The notes below the pieces were generated by a model, which was not told where the DNA came from, ran no database searches, and saw only the letters and a program-made list of their open reading frames with translations. Made by a program: the position numbers and the translations under genes. From positions 96,001 to 160,000 of the forward strand of contig JBBFKX010000003.1 of the NCBI GenBank assembly GCA_037481815.1: a stretch of DNA of 64,000 nucleotides, in the 5' to 3' direction. Shown piece after piece: positions 62,784 to 64,000 of the stretch (positions are counted from its first letter, which is position 1; each line of letters begins with the position of its first letter). Origin of the DNA: a candidate division WOR-3 bacterium. Lineage in GTDB: Bacteria; Hydrothermota; 32-111.

Positions 62784-63737
62784 ATGAATCGTTTAAGAAA
62801 TATAGAGATTTTCATAATTTTGCAGATTTTTTTCATCATAAAAATAGATGGATCTAACATCTTAACCGATTTTTTATTTTCAAAATCATCCAATGTTGGT
62901 TTTTCAATTTTAAAGATAACCCCGGATGCATTTTCATCAGCACTTTCGGGAGGTGCGACTACCGGTTATAACTCTCCATCTTCATTTCTTATAAATCCAG
63001 CATCTTCTTCATTCTATAAAGAAAAAGGAATAGTCGTTTCAACGATATACTCTTCAGGGTTCTCGAATATCTATTCGGGAGCGATGAACTATCCTTTCTC
63101 CTTTGGAACATTTTCTTTTTCAGCGACATCATCTATATCGGATACTATTCAATTAAGGAATGAAGATCCTGCGGAAAACCCTCTCGGATATTACAGATTC
63201 AACTCATATTCTTTTTCACTTGGTTATTCAAACAGCATAACAGATGGAATTTTCGTTGGCTTATCATCCTCTGCAATAAATGAAAATTCTTTCCTGTTAA
63301 ACAAAACATCCTTTGTTGCAAGTGCTGGAGTTTTATTTGTTTTTGAGAGGTTTTTCAATTTTAAGGTTGGGATATCCACTTTGAATGTTGGATTCAGAAC
63401 AAGGTATGATGCGACTTCACTTGATTATATCATACCACCTTTTACTTTAAAAATTGGAACTTCTTTCGATCTGAAATTGAATGAAAATTTTAAAAACACG
63501 ATATTTTCCGATTTTACAAAGGTGAACGATCAAGAGTTCAAGATATCTTTTGGATACGACGGAGAAATTTTGAAAACACTTTCCTTAAGGATGGGTTTTC
63601 TGATAAACGATCCTGCAAAATTTTTATCTTTTGGGCTTGGTGTTAGGAATAACAGGTTGTCTTTAAACTATTCTTTTGTTCCGTATAACTATGGGCTTGG
63701 TTTTGAAAACAGTGTTAGTTTGAACTATAACTTTTAG
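62784..63737 (+). CDS. PorV/PorQ-family outer-membrane protein
   Basis: LKITPDA...ALSG, INPAS, SLRMG, FGLG, YSFVPY..GLG and a terminal YNF. Confidence 0.78.
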   Translation: MNRLRNIEIFIILQIFFIIKIDGSNILTDFLFSKSSNVGFSILKITPDAFSSALSGGATTGYNSPSSFLINPASSSFYKEKGIVVSTIYSSGFSNIYSGAMNYPFSFGTFSFSATSSISDTIQLRNEDPAENPLGYYRFNSYSFSLGYSNSITDGIFVGLSSSAINENSFLLNKTSFVASAGVLFVFERFFNFKVGISTLNVGFRTRYDATSLDYIIPPFTLKIGTSFDLKLNENFKNTIFSDFTKVNDQEFKISFGYDGEILKTLSLRMGFLINDPAKFLSFGLGVRNNRLSLNYSFVPYNYGLGFENSVSLNYNF

Positions 63738-63745
63738 GTGGAAGA

Positions 63746-64000
63746 ATGGCTGGTTTACAGGGAAGTTTAAAAGATTTTGAAATCACCGATATACTTCAAC
63801 TGATAAATATGAATAAAAAGGATGGTTGTCTTGAAATAACAACAAAAGACAGCGTAGGAAGGATTTATTTTGAGGGGGGAAGTGTTACCCATGCAGAAAT
63901 AGATGATAGATTTGGAGAGAGTGCTATACATCAGATACTCGTTATAAACGATGGAAACTTCAAATTTATTCCTGATGTTAAAACACCACGAAACACGATA
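63746..64000 (+). CDS. DUF4388 (PatA-N-like) domain protein, 3'-truncated by the window
   Basis: Translated by hand: MAGLQGSLKDFEITDILQLINMNKKDGCLEI...GRIYFEGGSVTHA...GNFKF. Confidence 0.82.
   Translation, partial: MAGLQGSLKDFEITDILQLINMNKKDGCLEITTKDSVGRIYFEGGSVTHAEIDDRFGESAIHQILVINDGNFKFIPDVKTPRNTI

Overview
AT-rich, very gene-dense bacterial chromosome segment. A T9SS-type C-terminal sorting domain, a PorV-like gene, lptFG and a TonB domain point to a diderm, FCB-related lineage (inference only). Most of the window is core or housekeeping: nadA, tyrS, trpS, class II fba, dgt, panB, alr, comM/yifB, a complete porin-pstSCAB-phoU operon with Pho-box-like repeats, a separate phoBR-like pair, lptFG, radC, an EF-G paralogue, a CAU tRNA and tmRNA. 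Signalling genes are abundant. I see no integrase, transposase, prophage or CRISPR array. The most notable items are: (1) a globin-like plus CarH-type B12-binding protein coupled to a hybrid histidine kinase, behind tandem TGT-N12-ACA sites and a sigma54-like element; (2) a lipoprotein peptide-ABC binding protein fused to a TonB C-terminal domain; (3) an unannotated Lys-rich microprotein gene with its own promoter and a terminator abutting a frameshifted cyclase-AAA-TPR gene; (4) a probable ACG start codon; (5) probable leaderless genes; (6) a tmRNA with a short tag and a non-canonical resume context; (7) an EF-G paralogue with an altered NKxD motif. All protein calls come from motif recognition by eye, with no database search.
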